Shown here: piece by piece, positions 51,501-60,647 of the stretch | Numbering within the stretch: position 1 is the stretch's first letter | Layout: every line of letters starts with the position of its first letter | Source of the DNA: a virus | DNA: 64,000 nt | Direction: 5' to 3' (one strand) | Virus genome (UHGV): UHGV-0091736 | Notes under the pieces: model-generated | Told to the model about the DNA's origin: nothing | Database searches by the model: none | What the model saw: only the letters and a program-made list of their open reading frames with translations | Made by a program: the position numbers and the translations under genes

Positions 51501-52091
51501 TTCGATGTTAAGCAGGCTATGGTATCAGAACTCCCTAGCGGACGCACTGTACAGTTAGAACGCTTTAACTGGGATGCCAGCAATATCATCGGCGACGATA
51601 ACACTGGTACTCGTACTGGCCTGAACCTGTTTGAGACTCAGAGAGTATCCAGTATGTCGCGCTGTAACATTCAGGTGCATATGCGACAGCCTAGTTCGGA
51701 CCTGTACTGCTTTATGTATTTCAGGCCAAATGATACAACATTCAGTGACTGTACCTTTGAGGTATTGCCATATAATTGGTCTTGTACATCTGGTAATCCT
51801 ATATTTTTTGGCAGTACAGGCGTCCCAGCGTCTGGAATGCGCGTCAGGTTTCCTAAACAAATTTCGTTCACGTTGTCAGCCGGGAGTAACGTCCAACGCG
51901 TTACTGCTTCGGGAAGTTATGCTTGGGTGGCCCGGGCGGATGCTCTTGACCCCCGCAGTATTTCTGGGCAATTTGATGCTCCCGCATCATATACGGGGGC
52001 AAATAACGGGCAGTTGGTAGGTCTAGGCTGGCAGCTTGACGGTATAGAGCATGTTTATGATCATAATGTGTATCTTCAGAATTTCAACTGA
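48525..52091 (+). CDS. tail fiber/tailspike (1188 aa) with probable beta-helix (depolymerase-like) C-terminal half
   Basis: Collagen-like GQPGRDGTDG. The C-terminal half shows repetitive Gly/Asn/Ser-rich strands typical of right-handed beta-helices. Confidence 0.6.
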   Translation: MISYNNSAPTSVNNVGQFGATEGSIGAYKSAAEYAADAKYWALLSQTKYSSVEDILAEVERLYAQGQLLESDIKQLRDDFEAQEQVLLGLIQSTGTAIDNTNAATELSREATQEVLAQLDIISNMTVQTALLPPGSLATGSYDNSTGVFTFGIPEGQPGRDGTDGTVSDIGNVPVGVPVVDDYGFYVDKDDGGLYRANMSDIANLVPSIRSISINGGAEQTGSVVFDSVSTFNGRKGAVVPATGDYTAAQVGAFSVTNNLSEITDTSAAITNIGLAEYGIGSPTLTTVEALDWQTFNFVNGGNYSTLMSNITNAPAEIAYPANFGLYIEVIGVLTGGGEVRVVPRTNNNNYYSVFSVRWTGIVGSRVFTVREELSSARPVTISQGGTGSTSAENARLALVAAKSGDNSDITSMTNKVTFTQPPVVPDAVDDNNAVTLRQLRNSSDSDGVIANKQAIARKFGVEQSEVVYFSAGAALSGYKVIYDKESQKAYSLPTDLDSDVTAISLSTAGVLVHSAGNVDLGGLAVTREEYVTLPGSFSTGVTVNTKNELVVFTDGKYRWEGTLPKVVAAGSTPASTGGVGSGAWVSVGVISLRTTISSTTGSTLVGYKYKLENSASIRNVADVLNERVSLWDFHCDSSGNIIQPGPSIDSRPYLQNAIDFVSSVGGGTLLIPQGYTWYLNSISTGPVSGHSGLIQLKSNVSIKLDGTVKVGPALANSSFQVFVGFTDGNPANSGNLDNCHIFGEGSIDFGGYDFADAGHLRNGIAFGKGYNCSVDGITFVNGDVTWGITLGWNGYGSDSHVRNCRFINLIQSEVNRDHSTVYVNCPFSGVSNCTFRASSARAKVIACTVELHQQNTYYRNSIISGYTRGCYVALHGAESAGAGAYLYNAEVSGVIGDISGQAVILAAGPDDTATTYINGLTVSNCRFTAGNHPGMCSFIDFFQDDNSDSSQYRINHVTVKGCSFIVDRGRSLSAAITLNGSIQGITFQDNFFDVKQAMVSELPSGRTVQLERFNWDASNIIGDDNTGTRTGLNLFETQRVSSMSRCNIQVHMRQPSSDLYCFMYFRPNDTTFSDCTFEVLPYNWSCTSGNPIFFGSTGVPASGMRVRFPKQISFTLSAGSNVQRVTASGSYAWVARADALDPRSISGQFDAPASYTGANNGQLVGLGWQLDGIEHVYDHNVYLQNFN

Positions 52092-52101
52092 TAATATAAA
52101 A

Positions 52102-52123
52102 ACCCCGCTTCGGCGGGGGTTTA
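52102..52123 (+). terminator. putative terminator (weak U-tract)
   Basis: CCCCGC-UUCG-GCGGGG then GUUUAG. Confidence 0.4.
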
Positions 52124-52186
52124 GTAGTAAGTGTGTTCAAGAAGTAATGAAACTAGTATATCACAAAAGGAATACACATAGGAGAT

Positions 52187-52411
52187 ATGAAGATGAAAAT
52201 GATGAAACAAATCAGTTATGGATTAGCTTGTGTTGCTACTGGTTTTGCTGTGTCAGTGGCTGTTCCTGTTAACGCAGTGCATCCTCTGGCAACGCAACCT
52301 GCACCAGTTGAGAAATTGAGTGCATCCTGTAAGCAGCGTACAATTCAAAATAATCTTGTGGTTATTTGTCCGGACTCTGATTCTAGTGCTCTGAGAAATA
52401 TGCTTCAGTAA
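52187..52411 (+). CDS. small secreted protein (signal peptide ..VPVNA|VHP), lysis-region
   Basis: MKMKMMKQISYGLACVATGFAVSVAVPVNA. Adjacent to the endolysin. Confidence 0.5.
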   Translation: MKMKMMKQISYGLACVATGFAVSVAVPVNAVHPLATQPAPVEKLSASCKQRTIQNNLVVICPDSDSSALRNMLQ

Positions 52412-52441
52412 TTTAGGGCTGGCTAGAAAGGGAGGTGAAAG

Positions 52442-52933
52442 ATGGATAATGTCGCATTGCCGCCGATACAACGGAGCTTAAGCCCAGAAGGGATGGAATT
52501 CATCATGAAGCATGAAGGCATGAGAACTCGTGCTTACCAAGATTCCGCAGGTATCTGGACAATATGTGTTGGGGCTACGCGCGATATGAATGGGTATCCA
52601 GTTAGACAAGGATTAACGTATTCTATAGAGGATTGTCTAGCTCTGCTAGATAGAGACACACAAGACTCTGTTCGTGCTACTCAAAAGAACATAAAGGTTC
52701 CTTTACTAATGCATGAGTTTGATGCACTCACTTCTTTCAACTTCAATGTTGGCAGTGGGGCTTTGAGCACATCTAAGTTAAGGAAGGTTATCAATGGAGA
52801 AGTGAAAGGAGATGTTTATTCAGAATTTCTTCGTTGGGATAAAATCACGGTTAAAGGGGAGAAACGGAGAAGTCAGGGTCTTCATAACAGAAGGGTTGCA
52901 GAAGCCGATCTTTATACCGAAGCTAAATATTAA
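52442..52933 (+). CDS. endolysin, GH24 lysozyme-like
   Basis: ..MKHEGMRTRAYQDSAGIWTICVG.. (E/D/T catalytic pattern). Confidence 0.8.
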   Translation: MDNVALPPIQRSLSPEGMEFIMKHEGMRTRAYQDSAGIWTICVGATRDMNGYPVRQGLTYSIEDCLALLDRDTQDSVRATQKNIKVPLLMHEFDALTSFNFNVGSGALSTSKLRKVINGEVKGDVYSEFLRWDKITVKGEKRRSQGLHNRRVAEADLYTEAKY

Positions 52934-52945
52934 TGGAGGTGCCTC

Positions 52946-53749
52946 TTGGCTATTGAAACTAATGCGGTAGTAGTTACCGACTTAAACCCTCTCTATCCTC
53001 GTGATAGAGATTATATTTATGAGGGTGCAGCTCAGCTGCGCCTAGTTAAACAGGTGTTACAAAACACTTTTCCTAATCTGACAGAGCCTATGACTGTTGA
53101 TTCTGATACTCTAGCCGCCATCTCTGACAAAATCTCTTTTGCTGGAGATTATATGGACGTTGGCGGTCTTATGATTAAGAATGGTACAGCGGGTACTGGT
53201 AATAATGACTTTACCACCAAAGCTCAAATGGAATCTTTTATGCTCAACTGGATGCAAAACAAGATCTATAGGGTTGGCTCTTATTACATCACTGAGGAAG
53301 ACATTAACCCGGGAGATTCTACATCTTTAGGATTCGGTATATGGACAGCTGTTACTGGTGTTATCATGGGTGCTGGGGTTGTGAACCCTGATGGAACAGT
53401 TCCTAATGCTCAACGTGTGGAATTTACTGCTGGTGCTACCGGTGGTCGTGTTTACAATACAGTTAAGACAGAGAACCTGCCTTTAACTACAATCTCTGGT
53501 TCTAGTTTCTCTCTTTCTAATTACACACACTCCCACACAACAACGTTTGGACGGGGGGATGCTAGTGGTCATAACAGCTCACCTAACTGGTACAGCCCGG
53601 GTAGTGGATATTCTGCTGTTACAAGTTCTGATACTCACACCCACTCTATCACGGGCAGTGCAACATTTGGTTATGATGACGTATCTCGTCAACCTATAAA
53701 TACGTTACCACCTTTCCGTGCAGCATATATCTGGAGACGTATTAGTTAA
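52946..53749 (+). CDS. tail fiber-like protein with HxH repeats (TTG start)
   Basis: NYTHSHTTT..DTHTHSITG. GGAGGTG SD 5 nt upstream of the TTG. Confidence 0.55.
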   Translation: MAIETNAVVVTDLNPLYPRDRDYIYEGAAQLRLVKQVLQNTFPNLTEPMTVDSDTLAAISDKISFAGDYMDVGGLMIKNGTAGTGNNDFTTKAQMESFMLNWMQNKIYRVGSYYITEEDINPGDSTSLGFGIWTAVTGVIMGAGVVNPDGTVPNAQRVEFTAGATGGRVYNTVKTENLPLTTISGSSFSLSNYTHSHTTTFGRGDASGHNSSPNWYSPGSGYSAVTSSDTHTHSITGSATFGYDDVSRQPINTLPPFRAAYIWRRIS

Positions 53750-53758
53750 GGAGGAAGT

Positions 53759-56716
53759 ATGGCTCTCTACCCAATAAAATCTTTGGGTGCGGTTGGTGTT
53801 ATTGCCGACCAATCTCCTACGGATCTGGCTCCTAATGCATTTACCAATGCAATCAACGCTCGGTTTGTAGAACAACGTGTTTTTAAAACGGGGGGCTCTG
53901 CCCCTCTTTCTTACGTCGAGAGTGATAAAGAAATAAAACCATTATCATTCACTTCAATGCCTTTTGACTACTTCAGTGCTAACAATAGTTTCTTACTGGT
54001 AGGTACAGATAAGAGTATTTTTAGATTAAATAATGAATCTATGGTTGATGTTAGTCGAAGAGTGGCTACAGTCACCAAAAAAGCCGTGTCTTATATTAAG
54101 ATAAATCCTGTATTAACAGAGATTGTCCCTAAAGAAACATCTGTCATTATGAATTTTAATGAAAGCAAGGTTCTCGAGGTATCTCTTCTTCCAGAGGGTG
54201 TTACTACTCCATCTCTTGTGTGGGAGGTTAGTAACCCTTCTTATGGCTCAATACTAGTTGATCCTGATGACAGTAAGAAAGCTACATTGAGTGTCTTGTC
54301 TAATGAGGGAAGTTTCACTGTCACTGTCTCCAATGAAGATGAATCTGTGACTGCCAGTATTTCTATAAAGGTAGTTGATTCAGATTCTGGTATCTTCCTT
54401 AATCGAGACTCTGTCCAACTCCGGAAAGGTGGAACAACCACACTTACAGCAACAACAAGTAAGACCCCTCTGACGTGGACTTCTTCTAACCCAGCTATTA
54501 TCTCTGTATCACCTAATGGGGATACTACTACGGCTGTACTTACTGCTCAGGGGGTTGGAAACGCTCTTATTACTGTAAGCAACGGTTCCAAAACCTCAGA
54601 ATGCTCTGTTATCGTTATTAATCAGATTGACAGTATCTCTTTGAGCCAAACAGATTTACAAATTAACCGAGGGACGTCTTATGTCCTATACGCTAGTCTA
54701 ACTCCATCAAATGCTGCAAATCAGAAGATAACTTGGACTTCTTCTAACCCCAATATTGCCACTGTTTCAGGAACGGGTCTTCAAGGCACTGTTTCTGGTC
54801 TCACAGCCGGGTATACAGTTATAACAGCAACTACTGAAGAAGGTGAAAGGACAGCCACCTGTACTGTTAGGGTTGATTTATCAAGCAGGATGCTTTTTGC
54901 TGCTGCATCAGTTCCTTCTGAAGAACCAAGTTCTATGAATTCAGATATTGACACTTCGGCTATGTCAGAGGGAAACTCTTTTTATGACTACTCTATGGTT
55001 GATGGTGTCGAAGCCTATTCCATAAACGAAGTCATGTCAAGATCTACTCAACTCGAAACACTAACTTTAGACATTGTGGATACTGAAATTAATGTTGGAG
55101 ACGAGCTAGTGATAACCGCAACAGCGGCCCCTGAAGGGGATTACCTTTATACTTGGGTTGTTGATCAACCGGGGTATATATCTTCAACTTCTACTACAGA
55201 TTCTTCTTTTACTTTAACTGCTATTAAGACTGGTAAGGTGAAAATAACCTGCACTGCTAGTCAAGTGGCCCAGAGGGATTATGAAGCTTTTGAGGAGTAC
55301 CCTTGGTATAATACGATTATTTCTAACTGCGCTGTATTCACTACTCACTATGAAACTCCTCAGGTAAAAGAGTTTGCCTCTGAGTATTTCACAGATCTTC
55401 CGGGGTGGGGAGAACAGACGATAGTTGATGCTGATGGGAACCCATCTGTTGTGAAGTACAATTGGAAATGTGAAAGGGTTCGTGCTTTTAACAATCGCCT
55501 ATTTGCTCTTAATATGCGAGAGTCTAATGCATCAGGGGTTACCACTCATTACCCTCTTCGCCTTCGCTGGTCTAACTATGCTAATGAGAATAAGGCACCT
55601 ACCTTATGGGATGATTTTGCTTACGATAGGTATGTGACTTCAGACTTAGCGGCAAATGTTGTAGGACAAACTGAGGCTCTAGAAAATGGATATGCTGGGT
55701 ATATAGACTTAGCTGATTCAAACGGAAGTTTAGTTGAAGTTCTTCCTCTTAAGGATTACCTGTTTATCTATACAGAGTTTGAAACTTACATCGGATCCCC
55801 AACTAACAACACATATCAGCCTTTAATGTTCAAGAAGCTTTTCAACGATTCTGGAATCTTAGCACCTGAGTGCGTAGTTGAAGTTGAGAGTGGTCATTTT
55901 GTGGTTACTCAGAACGATGTTATTCTACACAATGGAGCAACCAAGAAATCTATTGCATCAAACAGGGTTAAGAATCTTCTCATTAATGAGGTGTGCTTAG
56001 TAAACCCTTTGGCTACTAAAGTTCATCTTCACCAAGACAAGAAGGAAGTGTGGATTCTTTATGTAGGACCCGGAGAACCTGCTGGGAGCTTTGCTTGTAC
56101 GAAAGCCGCTGTATGGAACTATGAGTTTGATACGTGGTCTTTCCGTACAATCCCATTCTCTCATTGTATTGGTTTAGTCGATCCTCCTACTTTAGAGAAA
56201 GGTCCTACTTGGGTTGATTTCCAAGAGTACACTTGGGATGACCCTTCAATCAGTGAACTTGTGTGGAGAAAGGATTCTACTAACTTCCGTCAGAGAGTTA
56301 CTGTAGTAGGTTCTTGGATGAAAGGTTTTTACCAAGTGGACATAGGTCCTTATGACTACTCTTATGATAGGCTGAATGATATTGTTGTCAAAAAGCCTCT
56401 AGAGATGAGACTGGAAAGAACTGGTATAGATTTTGACAACGTAACTAATGAATGGAATCAAAAGCACATAAACCGATTCCGTCCACAAGTAACAGGGTCA
56501 GGTACCTATATATTTCAAGCTGGTGGTAGTCAGTATTCTGATCAGGAAGATAGACATATTCACAGTGAAAAGTCTTATACAATTGGTGTGGACAGACATG
56601 TAGGTGTCCGACTGAACCATCCGTATCTATTCTATAATGTTATAGATAATGATGTTAACAGTAATGCAGCTATCAATGGTCTAACTATTGAGTTTGCTGT
56701 TGGCGGGCGAAGATAA
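53759..56716 (+). CDS. large virion/tail protein with tandem Big_2 Ig-like domains (985 aa)
   Basis: Repeated ..L..G.T..LTA...P.....V.W.SSNP..A.V...G.. units around aa 120-370. Confidence 0.6.
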   Translation: MALYPIKSLGAVGVIADQSPTDLAPNAFTNAINARFVEQRVFKTGGSAPLSYVESDKEIKPLSFTSMPFDYFSANNSFLLVGTDKSIFRLNNESMVDVSRRVATVTKKAVSYIKINPVLTEIVPKETSVIMNFNESKVLEVSLLPEGVTTPSLVWEVSNPSYGSILVDPDDSKKATLSVLSNEGSFTVTVSNEDESVTASISIKVVDSDSGIFLNRDSVQLRKGGTTTLTATTSKTPLTWTSSNPAIISVSPNGDTTTAVLTAQGVGNALITVSNGSKTSECSVIVINQIDSISLSQTDLQINRGTSYVLYASLTPSNAANQKITWTSSNPNIATVSGTGLQGTVSGLTAGYTVITATTEEGERTATCTVRVDLSSRMLFAAASVPSEEPSSMNSDIDTSAMSEGNSFYDYSMVDGVEAYSINEVMSRSTQLETLTLDIVDTEINVGDELVITATAAPEGDYLYTWVVDQPGYISSTSTTDSSFTLTAIKTGKVKITCTASQVAQRDYEAFEEYPWYNTIISNCAVFTTHYETPQVKEFASEYFTDLPGWGEQTIVDADGNPSVVKYNWKCERVRAFNNRLFALNMRESNASGVTTHYPLRLRWSNYANENKAPTLWDDFAYDRYVTSDLAANVVGQTEALENGYAGYIDLADSNGSLVEVLPLKDYLFIYTEFETYIGSPTNNTYQPLMFKKLFNDSGILAPECVVEVESGHFVVTQNDVILHNGATKKSIASNRVKNLLINEVCLVNPLATKVHLHQDKKEVWILYVGPGEPAGSFACTKAAVWNYEFDTWSFRTIPFSHCIGLVDPPTLEKGPTWVDFQEYTWDDPSISELVWRKDSTNFRQRVTVVGSWMKGFYQVDIGPYDYSYDRLNDIVVKKPLEMRLERTGIDFDNVTNEWNQKHINRFRPQVTGSGTYIFQAGGSQYSDQEDRHIHSEKSYTIGVDRHVGVRLNHPYLFYNVIDNDVNSNAAINGLTIEFAVGGRR

Positions 56717-56720
56717 TACT

Positions 56721-56750
56721 AAGGGAGCTTCGTGCTCCCTTTTCTTGTTT
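56721..56750 (+). terminator. Rho-independent terminator (plus)
   Basis: AAGGGAGC-UUCGU-GCUCCCUU then UUCUUGUUU. Confidence 0.65.
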
Positions 56751-56766
56751 ATAAGAAGGAGGTTAT

Positions 56767-57735
56767 ATGGGTGCTGGTGGCTTTCGTAAGAATACCGGAA
56801 GAAACAACACAACACAACCTTATAGTGTGGGTTTTCTAAACACCTCTGAGAGTGTAGAAACTAATAACGTTGCGATATATGATGAACTTCAGAATATTAG
56901 TACTGCAACTAATCAAATGTTCCAAGCTATAGATGAAATTCATGAGGAGATTGATGTTCGTATTAAAGCTCTTCATGCTATGAATTTACAATTCGACGAA
57001 CTAGAGAATCGTGTTACGACAGAGATTGAGACTGCCATTGCAGATATCATAACACAAATGGGTAATCTATCCACTGATGATATTTGGGATAACTCTGTTC
57101 AGCCTCCTGTTAAGTTAGATTCAACTATGTCTGGTATTAAGACTTCTATAGAAGGCAATACAGCATCTATTCAAACTGTCGAAGGCATTGTCAATGATCA
57201 AGGACAAGAGATTGCCCTTATTCAGTCTGATTTAACTAACGGGACAGGTAGTGCTTCTCAATATATGAAACTCACTGAATATGAAGCTACTTGGGGAGTA
57301 AATTCCACAGTAAATGGAAAGACAGCAGGGGTAAAACTGACAAATAATGGTTCTATAAGCCAATTCCAAGTCACAGCTGATAAGTTTGTGGTATCTGATG
57401 GCACATCAGGAAGTACTCCCTTCAAGGTTGAGAATGGAAGGGCTGTTATGGAGTTTGCTGATATTACTAATGTCAATATTACAACAGCTCAAATAGCAAC
57501 AGCTAGGATTGAATGGGCACAGATTGATAATGTCAGTATAACAAATGCACAAATCACAAGTCTCTCCGCTGATAAGATAACGGCTGGTTCTATGTCAGGA
57601 ACTAACTGGCGTCTTACAGTTGGTGGTGACTTTGTTTTAGGTGGTACAGGTGGGGCGCAGTTGTGGATGAATGGTAACAGAATAGACTTCTATGATGGAA
57701 GTGGTGCTCTGAGAATTAGAATAGGGAGTTGGTAA
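56767..57735 (+). CDS. tail fiber/host-recognition-like protein (322 aa)
   Basis: Coiled-coil N-terminus. ..ADKFVVSDG.. and ..SADKITAGSM.. motifs are common in phage fiber proteins. Confidence 0.45.
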   Translation: MGAGGFRKNTGRNNTTQPYSVGFLNTSESVETNNVAIYDELQNISTATNQMFQAIDEIHEEIDVRIKALHAMNLQFDELENRVTTEIETAIADIITQMGNLSTDDIWDNSVQPPVKLDSTMSGIKTSIEGNTASIQTVEGIVNDQGQEIALIQSDLTNGTGSASQYMKLTEYEATWGVNSTVNGKTAGVKLTNNGSISQFQVTADKFVVSDGTSGSTPFKVENGRAVMEFADITNVNITTAQIATARIEWAQIDNVSITNAQITSLSADKITAGSMSGTNWRLTVGGDFVLGGTGGAQLWMNGNRIDFYDGSGALRIRIGSW

Positions 57736-57736
57736 T

Positions 57737-58768
57737 ATGGCATATGGAATATGGTGTCAACCTGTAGGGCCGGGGCCAGCAACCCCCGCTCCCTTGTTTA
57801 TTGATAGCGGAAGTACTTTCCCTCAGTTCAAGAACAGCATAAGAGGAAGTTTTAACTTTAATGGGGCTGGAAGATCCTTCCCTATTAATGGGTGGGATGG
57901 TAGTGGTCAGATAGTTATTGTTCCTACCGGTTCTTTATGTTGGCAGTGGGAAGTCCCTCCTAACTTAGTTCCTGATGTTTATTGTGTGAATAACATCTAC
58001 GTAGAAAACAACTCCTCTTTTAGAGTTACTCTGAATCAGAACCCTGGCAGTAACCCATTATTCGACTGTGGGTTCAACGTATACCAAATATGGCCTAGAG
58101 CAGATAGGAATTATGGAATTACCTTTTCCAATACAGCAGACTACTTCTCAATATCTGATAGTGGGGTCGTCGGTCAATGTATTTGGGCTTGGCAGGGAAC
58201 TATAGGTAACTCCCTTCAAATACCAAATATTGGTGGTTTTAATATGGCTAATGCTGTTGTGTTTGCCAACTGGTCTGATGGAGGGATAGGACTATCTTAC
58301 ACATCCGATGACAGAATTATTCGCGTCTATCAGAATAGACCTTATGTCAATGGAAACACTAATGAAGGAGGGTCTGTCTTTGCGAGGGTTGCCGTATTCT
58401 GTAATGGAGCTGGTGTTCCTGAGCATAATGGAGGTTTGAATATTTACTCTCCGGGTACCACTCAATGCGTCTTCTCTACTAACAGAACACCTTTCACTGT
58501 GGATACTTTTATAGGCTCAGGAGGTGGTGACACTGGAATGTCATACCCTATGATACCTCTTACTTCTGGAATAGGTGCAATAAAAGGGCGAGGCAGTGGA
58601 TGGAGATATCAGCAAATGAGATCTCACACAATGAGTGGTTCTACGATAGGAACTGGCTATGGAAGGTATTTGTTTCAGTGGGATCAAAATTATGACCTAG
58701 GAGCTGATACTGTAGTTAATTTATCAGTTCCTGTAATAAATGCAGCTAAGGTTTTTGCTGGACTATAA
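57737..58768 (+). CDS. structural hypothetical protein (343 aa)
   Basis: ORF track; synteny. Confidence 0.5.
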   Translation: MAYGIWCQPVGPGPATPAPLFIDSGSTFPQFKNSIRGSFNFNGAGRSFPINGWDGSGQIVIVPTGSLCWQWEVPPNLVPDVYCVNNIYVENNSSFRVTLNQNPGSNPLFDCGFNVYQIWPRADRNYGITFSNTADYFSISDSGVVGQCIWAWQGTIGNSLQIPNIGGFNMANAVVFANWSDGGIGLSYTSDDRIIRVYQNRPYVNGNTNEGGSVFARVAVFCNGAGVPEHNGGLNIYSPGTTQCVFSTNRTPFTVDTFIGSGGGDTGMSYPMIPLTSGIGAIKGRGSGWRYQQMRSHTMSGSTIGTGYGRYLFQWDQNYDLGADTVVNLSVPVINAAKVFAGL

Positions 58769-58780
58769 CAAGGAGATATT

Positions 58781-59563
58781 ATGGCAATTAAGATGGGTAT
58801 TGAAGAACTAGACCCAATGGTTCAACAGGCTTCAAAGAAGTATGGGATTCCTGCTGCTTTGATTCATGCTGTAATCCAAAGAGAGTCTAGTGGTCGTCCT
58901 ACAGTAGCCTCTGGAACTGGTCCTGTAGGTTTAATGCAAATCAGTAAAGGGTTGGCTAAAGACTATGGTTACAAATTAGAAGACAGACTTGACCCAGCAA
59001 AGAATATTGATATGGGTGCTCGTTATATTCGAGATAACTTAAAGGCTTTTAATGGTGATGTTAAGAAAGCAATGGTTGGTTACTCAGAAGGTATCGGCGG
59101 AGCTAAGCAAATGTTCGCTGGTAAAAAGGGATTTACACCTCAAGCCCTTGACTCAATGAACAACAAACACTTTCTCCCTTTCTATGGTGATGCAGCTTCT
59201 CAGATTGCTAACCCTGTTGGAGCTTTGCAAGCTGTTCAACCAGTCAATCAGTTTAGTCCTGACTTGTTAGATAGAGAGAAGGCCGCACAAGCTCCAACTC
59301 AGGCAGAGATTGCTGCTTCTAAGACCGGTGCTTTAGGTGGTAATCCAGTAGAGTTTTACTCTGATGAAGTACAGGAAGGTGAAAACCAGAAACCTCAACA
59401 GAACTTTGGTAATGCAGTATTAGGGGTAGCTGCTATGCTTGCTGGTAAACCTCCTACTTCTCAAACAGTTCAGAGGGCGAGTGCACCACATGCAGCAGGT
59501 TCTCAGTACAGTCTACAAACACAAGCAGTGCTCAGACGTTTGGCTAGCATTGGTGTAAAGTAA
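58781..59563 (+). CDS. virion-associated lytic transglycosylase (SLT domain)
   Basis: AVIQRESSGRP..GPVGLMQI motif. Confidence 0.75.
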   Translation: MAIKMGIEELDPMVQQASKKYGIPAALIHAVIQRESSGRPTVASGTGPVGLMQISKGLAKDYGYKLEDRLDPAKNIDMGARYIRDNLKAFNGDVKKAMVGYSEGIGGAKQMFAGKKGFTPQALDSMNNKHFLPFYGDAASQIANPVGALQAVQPVNQFSPDLLDREKAAQAPTQAEIAASKTGALGGNPVEFYSDEVQEGENQKPQQNFGNAVLGVAAMLAGKPPTSQTVQRASAPHAAGSQYSLQTQAVLRRLASIGVK

Positions 59564-59582
59564 TAATCTTTAAGGAGGACTT

Positions 59583-60635
59583 ATGTCTTTATTTGGAAAA
59601 TCAGCTTCTAGCAAAACCACAGTGGCCCCTTCCTCTCAGGTTGATGCCCTGCTGAAGCAGATTGTTGCTAATGCTCAGAATATGCAGAACAACGATCCGG
59701 GATTCATCTCCCAACAGCTGGCTGGGTTCAATGGCAACCAACAGGGTGCTCTGAATAACTTAGCGGCTTCTACAACTCAGAAGCAATTAGCTGATATGTA
59801 CACTCCTCGTACACAGCAAGGGTTGGACCAATTAAACTCTCTTGCACAACAGTATCAGAATATTGTCAATGGTGGTGGTCTAACTGCTGATGGTGTTAAT
59901 AACTTCAGTAAAGGATTGAATAGCTCAGCTCTTGCTCAAGCGACTAGTAAGGCAGCTTCCAATGTATCTCTCGGAAATGGTTCTGATTCAGGCTCTCTCC
60001 GTAGAGCTGCTGCTCAAGGTGCTGCTTTGAACAGTGCTAATACAAACTTAGCTCGTACTATCAGTGGCAAGAATATGGGAATCAGTGCTCTTCAACAAGA
60101 CCAAAACTTCCAGAGGGGCTTACTTGGTGCTCAGTCAGGGTTGGCTGGACAGAACCTCAACCTAGGTGCTCAAGGTGTTCAGGCAACTCAACAAGCTATC
60201 CAGAATCAACTCATGGCTGGTAATCTACAACAGCAACAAGCTCAAGCTCAAGCTGATATTAATTGGCAGAACGCTATTGGCTCTCAGCAGTATGGGTGGA
60301 ATCAGCTTAACAACCAACTTAATGTATTAAATAGTGTAAGCCCAATGGCTGGGTACACGATTAAGAATGCTGCTCCGGGGGTTAATACTGGACAACAGCT
60401 CCTAGGTGCTGGTATCACTGGATTAGGTATTGCAGGGCGTATGGGTGCTTTCTCTCCTAATCAACAGACTCAGAATGCTTGGAGTTCCTATAACAACTCA
60501 GGTGGGCAATCTGGAATGGCTGGACCTATGATTGGAGGTTCTAATCTTTCTCAACAGAGAGGTCAGTCTAACTGGTTATCCACAGCAGGTAGTAATATCT
60601 TAGGTGGTGTCTTAGGGGCATTTGGAGCAAACTAA
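59583..60635 (+). CDS. Q/N/G-rich internal virion protein, paralog A
   Basis: Starts MSLFGK. Conserved ..GFNGNQQGALNNLA.. and ..GWNQLNNQL... Confidence 0.55.
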   Translation: MSLFGKSASSKTTVAPSSQVDALLKQIVANAQNMQNNDPGFISQQLAGFNGNQQGALNNLAASTTQKQLADMYTPRTQQGLDQLNSLAQQYQNIVNGGGLTADGVNNFSKGLNSSALAQATSKAASNVSLGNGSDSGSLRRAAAQGAALNSANTNLARTISGKNMGISALQQDQNFQRGLLGAQSGLAGQNLNLGAQGVQATQQAIQNQLMAGNLQQQQAQAQADINWQNAIGSQQYGWNQLNNQLNVLNSVSPMAGYTIKNAAPGVNTGQQLLGAGITGLGIAGRMGAFSPNQQTQNAWSSYNNSGGQSGMAGPMIGGSNLSQQRGQSNWLSTAGSNILGGVLGAFGAN

Positions 60636-60647
60636 AGGAGAATATCT